Of a stretch of DNA of 64,000 nucleotides, positions 25,668-36,689 are shown one piece after another. A program made the position numbers and the translations under genes. Source of the stretch: Octopus sinensis (lineage: Eukaryota); the NCBI RefSeq assembly GCF_006345805.1, contig NC_043001.1, positions 127,100,001 through 127,164,000 on the forward strand, in the 5' to 3' direction. The notes under the pieces were generated by a model. It was given only the letters and a program-made list of their open reading frames with translations, did no database searches and was not told the DNA's origin. Each line of letters opens with the position of its first letter. The first letter of the stretch is position 1.

Positions 25668-25729
<62 letters not shown>

Positions 25730-25731
25730 CA

Positions 25732-25776
<45 letters not shown>

Positions 25777-25789
25777 TATTATATTATTA

Positions 25790-25847
<58 letters not shown>

Positions 25848-25848
25848 C

Positions 25849-25913
<65 letters not shown>

Positions 25914-25922
25914 CATATTATT

Positions 25923-25984
<62 letters not shown>

Positions 25985-26021
25985 ATTATTATTATTATTA
26001 TTATTATTATCATTATTATTC

Positions 26022-26084
<63 letters not shown>

Positions 26085-26140
26085 ATTATTATATCATTAT
26101 CATTATTATTATATTATTATTATATTATTATATTATATTA

Positions 26141-26171
<31 letters not shown>

Positions 26172-26173
26172 TA

Positions 26174-26208
<35 letters not shown>

Positions 26209-26265
26209 TTATCATTATTATTATATTATTATTATTAATTATTATTATTATTATTATTATTATTG
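25668..26265. repeat. about 600-bp (ATT/ATC)n compound microsatellite
   Basis: Directly visible. Confidence 0.95.
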
Positions 26266-26533
26266 CTTTGCTAAGGTGGCGAGCTGGCAGAATCGTTAGC
26301 ACGCCGGGTAAAATGCTTTGCAGTATTTCGTCCGTCTTCACAGTCTGAGTTCAAATTCCGCCGTGGTCGACTTTCCCTTTCATCTTTTCGGGGTCGATAA
26401 ATCAAGTACCAGTAGAACACTGGGGTTGTTGTAATCGACTAATCCCCTCCCCCAAAGGCCTTGTGCGTTTAGTAAAAAGAAATGCTATTTCTTTTAAATT
26501 TTGTTGTTAACTTGAATTAGATGAGAAACTTAC

Positions 26534-26785
26534 GTAATTTAAATCCCGGCATGTAAAATCTCTGACACTCGTGACGTTGTAGAAGTGGGACTGTATCCGT
26601 TTCTGACTCAGCATAAATGCCCTGATTTCAGTCGGTGAGTGAGCGAGATGACTATATGAGTCGCTCTGATACTCGCATCGTTTTAAATAGAAAAATAGTG
26701 TTACGTAGACTATGCGTACGTTATTGTCTCGTATGTATAAACCTGGTGATATGCCGATATTTTCTTCAATTGAATAACTTTTCAC
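26534..26785 (-). CDS. alpha/beta-hydrolase-like gene exon (VKSYSIEE..SPTEIRAFMLSQKR..TCRDLNY)
   Basis: ttattaccgcag acceptor, tac|gtaagt donor, 252 nt, phase 0 to 0, open frame. Confidence 0.85.
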
Positions 26786-26824
26786 CTGCGGTAATAAGAA
26801 ATATATACATATATATATATATAT

Positions 26825-26928
<104 letters not shown>

Positions 26929-27086
26929 TATATACATATATATATACATATACATACACACACACATATATATATATATATATATTAGCAATAATTATAA
27001 CGATAAAGAATGTATAAGAATTTTTTGCGTAATAAGATAAAAAAAAACCAAGGCTGTGTAGATATTAGAGCATTTATAGATAGAAG

Positions 27087-27138
27087 GTCTTACAGCTGTT
27101 TCTAGGATATTTATTAATTATATCCCTTCATCAGAGAC
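27087..27138 (-). ncRNA. minimal type I hammerhead motif, intronic and sense to the host gene
   Basis: GTCT-CTGATGA-aGGGATA..TATCCTa-GAAA-CAGCTG-TA-AGAC: palindromic ACAGCTGT stem III, GUA triplet, 4-bp stem I, A.A closing stem II. Confidence 0.68.
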
Positions 27139-27735
27139 GGTGTGAGAGGACAGTTAAGTCATAGTTAATTTAGATGTGATACAAAATAGAGAGTGAGGTG
27201 GAGGAAAAAAATAGATACAATATATGTATGGGTATTGAAGTTGTAAATCCATTTTTTAGGCATAATGGTATATATGCAATATTCCAATATCCTTTGAGTA
27301 AAGTCCAAAAGTCCAACAGAGTTTAAAATGAGTCCTTCCAAATATAGAGTTTATAAGCAATGTAAGATTCCCTTATGAGTGAGATCCAGCAGATTTTTAA
27401 ACTTGGTCATTCCCAGTAGAGAATTATATATATATAGTGTTGCAGAGTCAAAGGTTTTTATTTAAATATAAAAACTAGTACATCATCAAAATTTATTTAC
27501 TTTTATTTTACAATGTCATACAGCATATTTTTTATGGTTACGACAACTTACGCATGTTTCCACTGCACAGAGTAAGTGCAGCTGCATATGCAGCCGAGCA
27601 TAATTTTCTGTGCAGCTTTGTTCAGGGTCTTTCAACCAGTTTGGCTCAAAGCGAGCACAGAATTACCCATCGGTGGAATATACATCGTAAGTGACAACTC
27701 CTCGTAGTCCTAGATGTTAATACTAATCGATGTGA

Positions 27736-27969
27736 AGGCGGCGAGCTGGCAGAAACGTTAGCGCGCCGGGCGAAATGCTTAGCGGTATTTCATCTGTCGT
27801 TATGTTCTGAGTTCAAATTCCGCCGAGGTCGACTTTGCCTTTCATCCTTTCGGGGTCGATAAATAAAGTACCAGTTTCGCACTGGGGTCGATCTAATCGA
27901 CTTAATTCCTTTGTCTGTCCTTGTTTGTCTCCTCTATGTTTAGCCCCTTGTGGGCAGTAAAGAAATAAA
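27736..27969 (+). mobile_element. SINE family A, full length
   Basis: aggcggcgagctggcag head, B-box-like gagttcaaattcc, tail ..gtaaagaaata. Confidence 0.85.
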
Positions 27970-28067
27970 TACTAATCGATGTGGTTAGCCGTAACCTGGA
28001 ACACAACTGAAAGCAATCACAGTATGCGCTCGGATAATATATCCCTCTAAACTCACGTTTATATATA

Positions 28068-28644
28068 TTGGGTTGTCCGGAAAGTTCGTGCCGATTTATA
28101 GTAGCTTTTCTTTCGACTTATTTTAGAACATGGTTGAGTCCATAAAATAAGTTTTGACTACACCTCCATTTAGAGCACAGTTTAAGCTATCTTTTCGTGG
28201 AAGAAGGTTTATGTTCCTATAAACTGTGTTAGTTTTGTAACCCTTTAAAATGGAAGATAAGAAAGTTCCTTTTCGGCATTTGATGCTTTGGGAACCAGAC
28301 AAAAATTGCTGCAGATTGGCTGGGATGTGTTACCCCCCCCCCCCCAACCATCCATATTCACCAGATATTGCTCCTTCGGATTTCCACTTATTCAGGTCTA
28401 TGCAGAATAGTCTTAATGGTAAAAATTTCAATTCCTTGGATGACGAAAAAAGATACCTTGATGAATTCTTTGCCATGAAACAACCTCAATTCTGGGAAGA
28501 GGGTATTTTCAAGTTAAAAGGAAAGATGGAGACGCATTGTGCAACAAAATGGTTCATATTTGGTTGATTAAAAATGTAATGGCAAGTATTTATTGACCTT
28601 TTTCTTTCCTTTAAAAATCGGTACGAACTTTCCGGACAGCCCAA
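28068..28644 (+). mobile_element. internally deleted mariner
   Basis: TIRs TTGGGTTGTCCGGAAAGTTCGTGCCGATTT / reverse complement, TA TSDs; MEDKKVPFRHLML.. joined to HPYSPDIAPSDFHLFRSMQNSL. Confidence 0.93.
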
Positions 28645-29061
28645 TATATATATAGGAGAAAAAAAATTATGATAAGGCAGAATGCTAAATTGAAAGTACA
28701 CACATACATACATGCATACATACAAACATACATGCATACATACATGCATACATACATACATACATAACCTCCACCTTCTATATCCAGATAATAAATTCAC
28801 ATTTATATCCGCAATAATTGTGCACTTGGTTTTTTTAGTAAATGCCTAAATGACAATCTGGATAAGCTATGGTATTCATAAAAAGTAATCAACCAGCTCA
28901 TTCACACATTACAAATACAATTTGTAAGTGGAACAGTAAAAATGGAAAGACTTTTCTCAGGTTTATAATGTGAAGCTGTTTTTGCTATCAGCATTCTAGC
29001 ATAAAAACCAGCCCCTTCTTCAGAGGAAGATTTCAAAATATTAAAGACAAAAGTGCACATA

Positions 29062-29952
29062 CGAGGTCTGATCAATAAGTATCCGGACTGTTGCCATAGT
29101 AGCGAATCTAAAGCACGCAGAGTAAAGCCACTCGGTACAGATTGACCTTGCACTCTGTTGTACATGCGCATTAAGTTTTAATGTTCTAGCTCACTTCCGC
29201 TGTTTACAACAGTGCTCGGAAATAACGTGTGTAGCGTGTGATCGCCGCATTGACCATGACAGAGAAAGTTGTCATGGCGATACCTGCTCAGAAGTAAGCG
29301 CAAAGTTGCAGAAAGTGTATGAAGAGGAGTGTATGAGCTGCACACAAGTGTATTAGGGGTTCAGACGTTTCGATAAATGTCGATATTGACGAACGTTCTG
29401 GGAGACCCGCAACCAGCAGAACTGAGAAAAACATCGCAGATGTGCGTGCAGCTGTGAGGGGAAATCGTCTAATCCCCATCCGTGAGTCATCAGAAGATGT
29501 GCAGATTAGTTACGGTTCAGTTCAGTCCATTATCACTGAAGATTTGGGTATGAGACACGTGCCTACCAAGTTTGTGCCCAAACTGCTTTCAGCTGACCAA
29601 AAAGACACTCGGGTTTCAGTTGCACAAGATCTCCTTGTGTGCGTAAGCCTCTGAGCAGGTATCACCAAGTTCTCTTTGTGTGTGTAGGCATCTCCACGGG
29701 TATCACCAAGATTTGGACAAAATTTGATGCAGATTCTCTGCTCAACTTGCTCTGTCATTTTCATTCCGACGGTCACACGCTACACACCTTCCTTCTGAGC
29801 ATTAATATAAACAGCAGAAGTAAAGTAGAACGTTAAAACTTAGTGCGTATGCACAGCAGAGTTTAAGGTCAATTTGTGCCAAGCAGACTCATTCTGCGTG
29901 CTTTAGCTTCGTTACTGTAGCAACAGTCCGGATACTTATTGATCAGACCACG
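29062..29952. mobile_element. mariner derivative made of two opposed 5' ends
   Basis: TIR CG(A/T)GGTCTGATCAATAAGTATCCGGACTGTTGC, TA TSDs; transposase ATG 194 nt from each end (29256 +, 29758 -); plus-strand HTH segment ..ERSGRPATS..KFVPKLLSADQK. Confidence 0.88.
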
Positions 29953-30183
29953 TACATACATATATACCCCAGCGTGTTTGTCCTTCCAGCAATCTTGGAT
30001 ATATTGTCATACTGATGCAAATCCAATCTCCGTAGACTGAACAGAACGTAACCTTCAAATAGAATGTTAAGTTGAGTTCATGTACAAATGCACAGATATG
30101 TGTGGGCGAGTGTGTGTATGCTTGTTTGTTAGTGTGTATCTAAGTGCGTGTGTGCATGTGTGTATGAGTGAAGAACTACCTAC

Positions 30184-30297
30184 CCTTAAGAACTGAGTGT
30201 CGTTTCCTCCGAGTCCCGACAACCACATTTGAGCAGTATTGAGCCACTGTGATTGGTAAAAGCGATTCAACTCCATCTTCTCCATTTCAAGAATCGG
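30184..30297 (-). CDS. alpha/beta-hydrolase-like gene exon (PILEMEKMELNRFYQSQWLNTAQMWLSGLGGNDTQFLR)
   Basis: ctatttacag acceptor, agg|gtaggt donor, 114 nt, phase 0 to 0. Confidence 0.82.
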
Positions 30298-30689
30298 CTG
30301 TAAATAGACAGAAAATAATAGTCGGAAACTGGCAGACAATGCATGGTGCTTGTTGAAACAACAGTTACAGTTCACATTTTATTATTTACTGTTTAGTCAA
30401 GAAGAGAAGGGCACCACATAATCAATCTTTATTTACTTATTTATTTATTTCCTTGTTTCCAAACCTGGTGGGAAATACTGCATTTTGAGGACCTGTTTGC
30501 AAGAGTCCAACAAAATTCAACAATAACTCACGAGCTCCAAAAGGGTGACGTTCCCTTGAAAACACTAATACAAATGGACTCAAAGTTTGTCACAAGGCCA
30601 GCATGTTTTTTATTGGTGATAATAATGTTAGTGATAGTGTCGGTATTGGTAGTTGTGATAATAACTAATGTGTTAGGTCACTTTTAGTG

Positions 30690-33010
30690 CTATTGGTAAC
30701 ATGTAATTCAGTACAACCTGGTTTATGCTCGGGCCGTCGGAGATTAAATGGGCAATCTTACCAAGCACTTCCCTGGAAAGTGGGGTGAATTTTATGAATA
30801 GAAACCAAGGTGGAAGAGGCTTCATTGTTGTATAGAGATGGAAAGAAAAAGCTTACTAAAATATTTACAGAAGAGCATAGAGAAATTACTAAAGGCAGTG
30901 AATAAAGAACGAGCGATCAAGTGTGAAATAGGAGAAACGGATGAGAATGGAATTCAAAGAGAGCATGTTAAACAGATTAGAGAGAATACCTTTGCACGGT
31001 CAGTTTTGGAAAGCCACTGAATATGTATGTAGAACAAAACCCTGGCCTTGGTTGAAAAAAAAGGGGCAAATAAGTAAAGGACACAGAGAGCCTCATAACG
31101 GCAGCTGAAGGACAAGTGTTAAAAACAAACAGCTTCAGAAAATATGTGTATGCTGAGTATGTGGAATTTGGGATGAAACAATGGAAGATTGTTGCAAAAT
31201 GTCCCAAGTCCGCTGAAGAAATATACACAGACATGCAGGAAGTAAATAGACACCTTTAACTTTCAAAATTTCTGATTTAAGCGTCTTAATGTTTTCAGCG
31301 GTGTAGAAACATTTGCGAAGTGTGACCATCCCACGCACAAAAAATTCAGCTGAAGTATCAGATTTTCAAAGCGGTCGTATTGTTGGGCAATCTGAGGCTG
31401 GTCTTAGCCACCGAAAAATTGCCGAAAATCTTCAAATTCCTCTTGCTACTGTTAATAGAATTATAGTGTAATTCAAAAGCGAAGGAAATGAATCAACAGA
31501 TTCTTGTCCCGGCTGACCTTGGCCCTCGGAAAGAAAGCTTCGCTGTTTGAAGAGAATTGTGGAAAACGAACCTCGTTCGAAGGCTTTTGACATTGCAAAA
31601 CAGCTACAAGTTAGTCCAAGAACGTGTGTTACATATCTGCATAAGCTTGGGAATAATGGATGAGCAGCTAGATGAAAACCTCTCCTTCAACCAAGAAAAG
31701 AAAGAAATGGGCTAAGGAGATTTCAGAAAAATTCAGTTCATGTTGTGATAGAGTGATTTTCTAAGACGAATCTAGATTTGCATTATTTTTAGACGGTGGA
31801 CGAGTTTGGGTCTGGAGGCCTCCCAATCAAGAATTTGATTTGAAATGACTCAAACCAACTGTGAAACATGTCGGTGTCTCTGTAATGGTATGGGGAGCTG
31901 TCACCAGCAATGGCCGTTCTGAGCTGATCGAATGTGTTGAAACCATAAACTCTGAAAAATACATCGAAATACTTAAGCAAGACTACTTCTGATGTATTCA
32001 CACGATAACATGACGAAAAATGAGTTTTTATTCATGGAAGATGAGGCTCCAAGCCACACAGCGAAAAGAAATCAACAATGGCTGACTGAAAATGGGATCA
32101 AAAAGCTTCCTTGGCTGAGCCAGTCTTCTGACATGAACCCAATTGAATATCTTTGGAGCATACTAGATAGAGCTATACAAAAAACTCGACAGAAACCTAA
32201 ATTTAAAGATGAATTGTTTCGATTGTTGCATGAAAAGTGGACAGAAATTCCACAAGAGACAATCACAAAGCTCATCAGTTCAATGCCAAAAAGAGTTTCT
32301 GAATTGAAAACTGCAAAGGGAATGTCAACTAAATACTAAAGTATGTAGTCCTACCGATCGATTACATTCAGTTGTTCGCTTTGCGTATTAAACAAAAGAT
32401 TTTGAAAATTAAAGGTGTCTATTTACTTCCTGCATGTCTGTGTATAAAAAAAATAGAAGCATTACCAAGTTGTGAAAATTTTACACTGGCAGCTTTGCCA
32501 GAAATGGGGATTTGTGGCTAAAAGTGCTTGGTGTGATCATCGGGTTGATAGAGTGCTTGAGTCAGAAAAATAAATGCAAGATTTTTTATGTGATTTCCTA
32601 TTCAAACGGATAAGAAGCAAGAAACTAATAAACAACACATAATAATAAACAAGGAAAAGCTTGGTTGCTTACACATTGATCCATCGTGTGCGTTTGATTC
32701 CAATATTGTAAAGAAAAAAGATTAAAGATTAAAAGAACACAATCCTTTAAAATTTGAAATTGCGATCATAATATTGCGGCAAAAGAAATTTAGAACCTCA
32801 CAAAATATAAAAATATGCTCATTGAAATTGAAAAAACGTGGCATCTCAATGCGGTTATAATAACATTGATTGTAGGAGCACTAGGAATGATCAAAAACTC
32901 AACCGAAAATTATTTGAGAATGATCCTTGACTTCCCACCCCAACAAGAAATGAAAAAGTTGTTTTGAATGGTATGCCACACGGATTGAGGAGAGTATTTG
33001 ACACTGTGAG
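30690..33010 (+). mobile_element. R4/Dong-type (RLE) LINE 3' remnant, split by a Tc1
   Basis: GGRGF..ERKSLLKYL, ESLITAAEGQVLKTN, CG..DET....AKCP, ILHWQLCQKWGF, IEIEKTWHL..IVGALGMIK; the reading continues across the Tc1. Confidence 0.8.
31226..32442 (+). mobile_element. full-length Tc1 (DD34E) transposon with decayed transposase
   Basis: About 46-bp TIRs CACAGACATGCAGGAAGTAAATAGACACCTTTAA, TA TSDs at 31224-25 and 32443-44; DESRF, D-34-E (EDEAPSH..NPIEYLW); several stops. Confidence 0.95.
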
Positions 33011-33214
33011 GACGATAACCTTTCATGTACATTATTTTTTATTACGTAAAACTTTATTTGATTTTGTAATTGAAGAATCTGGTATGTTTATTCTAGTGGC
33101 TTATCAATGTAAACAGTGAGTTTCTACGCCTAGATGTCGGGTAGACGCTCGGCAAGAAAGGGAAACAAAATTGAAGAAGAAGAAGAATGAATGGATAAAT
33201 AAATAAATATTATT

Positions 33215-33219
<5 letters not shown>

Positions 33220-33284
<65 letters not shown>

Positions 33285-33317
33285 CAACAACAACAACACA
33301 ACAACAACAACAACAAC

Positions 33318-33355
<38 letters not shown>

Positions 33356-33360
33356 TAATA

Positions 33361-33395
<35 letters not shown>

Positions 33396-33432
33396 AATAA
33401 TAATAATAATATTAATAATAATGATAATAATA

Positions 33433-33527
<95 letters not shown>

Positions 33528-33535
33528 CGCAATAA
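33220..33535. repeat. (AAT/AAC/GAT)n compound microsatellite abutting the donor of exon 33550-33826
   Basis: Directly visible. Confidence 0.95.
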
Positions 33536-33549
33536 TAACCTGCAGTTAC

Positions 33550-33826
33550 CTGAAGGAACATGGTAGTTTTTCGGAACCACTTGGACATTCTCTCTCGTTG
33601 TTTCTTATTTCTAGACCCTCGAATAGTGTATGATAGAAACAAGCTGATATAGCTGGCTATTAACCTCTGCGATTTTCTGATTGGTAGCTCAGCAGTGAGA
33701 TCATAACGTTTCATGTCCTCTTGTAAGATATCATTAGAAAATGATCCGTGGTTGATACCCTTCACAATGACCATTGGTGCCTTGTATTGCATTGCCCTGT
33801 TTTTCTCGACTTCTTGTGAAAGCACT
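33550..33826 (-). CDS. alpha/beta-hydrolase-like gene, catalytic-His exon (..VIVKGINHGSFSND..TTMFLQ)
   Basis: ttttggcag acceptor, cag|gtaact donor, 277 nt, phase 2 to 0; GxNHxxF motif. Confidence 0.9.
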
Positions 33827-33900
33827 CTGCCAAAAACATCAAAGAATGACTACTTTTATTAAATAAATAAACAATATTATTTAACTGGAAAACATATATA

Positions 33901-34130
33901 TTTCTTTACTACCCACAAGGGGCTAAACATAGAGGGGACAAACAAGGACAGACAAAGGGATTAAGTCGATTACATCGACCCCAGTGCGTAACTGGTACTT
34001 AATTTATCGACCCCGAAAGGATGAAAGGCAAAGTCGACCTCGGCGGAATTTTAACCCAGAACACTTAACGGCAGACGAAATACGGCTACGCATTTCGCCC
34101 GACGTGCTAACGTTTCTGCCAGCTCGCCGC
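33901..34130 (-). mobile_element. SINE family A
   Basis: Near-identical to other A copies. Confidence 0.85.
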
Positions 34131-34679
34131 CTAACTGGAAAACATATACTTTTGTCTATACTTCAATCCACCAAAATCTAATTAGGTAAATATAATCATA
34201 GCCGTCACTAGCGAATGAGTAAGTCTTAATAGTATGCACCTTGCTTTAGCTTACTATGCTTGATACTTATGAAGTCACAAGCGAACAAAGACATTCCTAT
34301 GGCTCTTTAACCCAGCATGTTAAAAACACGAAACAAATGCCAGAAGACATTTTGTCCGACGCTTTAACAACTCCGACAGTCAACGACCTTAAATTGGTTA
34401 CTTTACTTTAAAGGCCTCCGTAAGACTGGACCTGATCTGCGCGAGATTTGAACTCAGAACTTACAAAGCCGTAGTTAAATAAATAATACTGCTAACTATT
34501 AGTCCAATCCTTTATTAATTACATTCCTATGAATTTATAAAATTAAAGTCTAATTGTGTTTCTCAGCACTGATGCGCTCCCATGGGTACTTTTGCTCCTA
34601 CGATTCGCCCTTACGATTAAACAATTCTGCACCCCTACCACAGAAGATCATGCTACTTTTGTTGTTGCTGTTGTTGTTG

Positions 34680-34906
34680 TTGTTGTTAAGCAACAAGGTG
34701 GGTAAGGGTGATTAGGTGATGGTCTAGGGCTTAGGGGCAGGAGAACCCAAACCTTGGAAAAAAAACTTTGGTCGTCTTGTTGTAGTCGAGGGCTCTTCGT
34801 TGACGCCCGACACCACTGGGAGGTGGCCCTCGAAATCGCTGGAAATGGAGATCTCTAGGTCCAAATTCTTGAATGGCTACTGCTGCTGCTACTGCTGCTG
34901 CTGCTG

Positions 34907-34942
<36 letters not shown>

Positions 34943-35150
34943 TTACTTCTGCTGCTGTTGTTGTTAAGCAACAAAACGGATAAGGTTGATTAGGTGATGG
35001 TCTAGGGCTTAGGGGCAGGAGACCCCAAACCTTGGAAAAAAAACTTTAGTCGTCTTGTAGTCGAGGGCTCTTCGTTGACGCCCGACACCACTGAGAGGTG
35101 GCCCTCGAAGTCGCTGGAAATGGAGTCTCCAGGTCCAAATTCTTGAACGC
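34680..35150 (+). repeat. tandem duplication, 278-bp period (about 190-bp GC-richer core plus GCT/ACT repeats)
   Basis: ttaagcaac at 34686 and 34964; ttcttgaa at 34866 and 35140. Confidence 0.9.
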
Positions 35151-35465
35151 CTGCTGTTGCTATTGGTTATGCTTGTATTATTGTTTACTATCTTTCGGTT
35201 AATTATCTGACATTATTTCTATCATTTTTATGTCCTAATCAAACAAGAAAGAATGACGTTCATAATATTTTGAAGGGACCCAAGGCTGGTGTGGGATGGA
35301 CAGATGAAATCGCTACTCAGCGTACATACCACTATAGATCTGAACCGAATGCTTACAATAATGTAAACTCAGCTAAAACGTGCAAGAAGTTCAACTAGTG
35401 TCTGCTTAGTCTCCAGCTGAAGAAACAGATCATGAATTGTAAAAGGAAATGTTTTAACACATTAC

Positions 35466-35640
35466 TTAAAAGTCTGAGCTATTTGCGTGACCCTTGTCAC
35501 ACCATCCAGGTCGCCAGCGACTGTCAACACATTCATTCCAAAGTATTCGAATAGCGTCCCGTTTTGAAGAAGTGAACCCAACAAAATTATTCCGGATAAC
35601 TGCTGGGGGTTCCTGTTGGCTAACCTCTGAACACTGATGC
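35466..35640 (-). CDS. alpha/beta-hydrolase-like gene, catalytic-Asp exon (ISVQRL..GIILLGS..VLTVAGDLDGVTRVT..)
   Basis: ttttattttcag acceptor, ttttaa|gtaat donor, 175 nt, phase 1 to 2; GDLDG motif. Confidence 0.9.
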
Positions 35641-35899
35641 CTGAAAATAAAAACAGTGGAAGCAATTAAGTTGACACATATGTATGTATGTGTGTATACA
35701 TGTATGTATGTATGCATGTATGTATGTATGTATGTATGTATGTATGTATGTATGTATGTATGTATGTATGTATGTATGTATGTATGTATGTATGTATATA
35801 TGTATGTATTAAAGAGTAGAGAATTTCACTTTATTTCGTTTTCTTCAGAACCACAGCCCAGATAGAGCGGAAGAAACTCGAATTCCTCCGTTCCTATGC

Positions 35900-36600
35900 T
35901 CTCCTTAGATAGAACATAGACACTATTGATGCCATTCTAGGAACTGATTGGAGCAAGGGGGAAAATATGGACAAAGCAAAAGGGAACAGAAAAGCCTCCA
36001 GATCTCAGCGATCCCTGAAAAGAACAAAGCCAAATCCACAACTGAGGGGCCTGCAAACGAAGGAAACACTAAAACTGGCCCTGCCTCACCATGATATACA
36101 ACCAAAGAGTTTAGAGGCCTAAAAAGGGCAGAAAACAAAAACTTATAAATGACCAAAAATAAAAAGCTCTCGGGCAAGGGGTAAAAGGAAAAGAAAAGGA
36201 AGAAAAAACAAAAGAAACCTTTGGAGCAAGACAGAAGACACCCTAACAAAAGAAATAGGAGGTACAAAAGTAAAAGCAAAAGCAGAAACATATGGAGGTA
36301 AAATCTGCAAAAGAACTGCTGGCACGGTGATTATGGTGCAAACTACTGTTTTGCACACCGGAAGCCTTGCCGAAGTCGCATGGGCCTTAAACAAAACTCC
36401 TTTACGGGGAGGAGAAAAAGAAAGGCACCAAAGAAGTAAAATTGCGCACTGTCTACTCCCCAAAGACGATACGCAGACGTAGTACGTGCCCCAACAATCA
36501 GTTAGCCTCACCCAGACGAGAAAAGAGGAGCAGCTGAGCAAAATTCTTTTTTGTAAATGGCACAAAATATTGTGTAGAAGCTGATCTGGCTATATCGAGC
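35900..36600 (-). mobile_element. Tx1/L1-type LINE 3' remnant
   Basis: Degenerate similarity to the C-terminal zinc-knuckle region (AHATSAR.P.C..); recognised from memory. Confidence 0.5.
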
Positions 36601-36689
36601 ACAGACTTGGAACCATCCCCATCACCACTCAAGGCCACCACAGTCAACAGATACAGGATGGTCACCACTAACACCAACACAGGCGTCAC

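Noticed and set aside
29970-30055. Additional exon of the hydrolase gene
   Set aside because: Weak splice sites, a phase that would break the downstream frame, and no family resemblance.
34780-34850. HDV-like ribozyme in the 278-bp duplication (minus strand)
   Set aside because: P2- and P3-like pairings exist but P1, P4 and J4/2 cannot be built in the required nested order.
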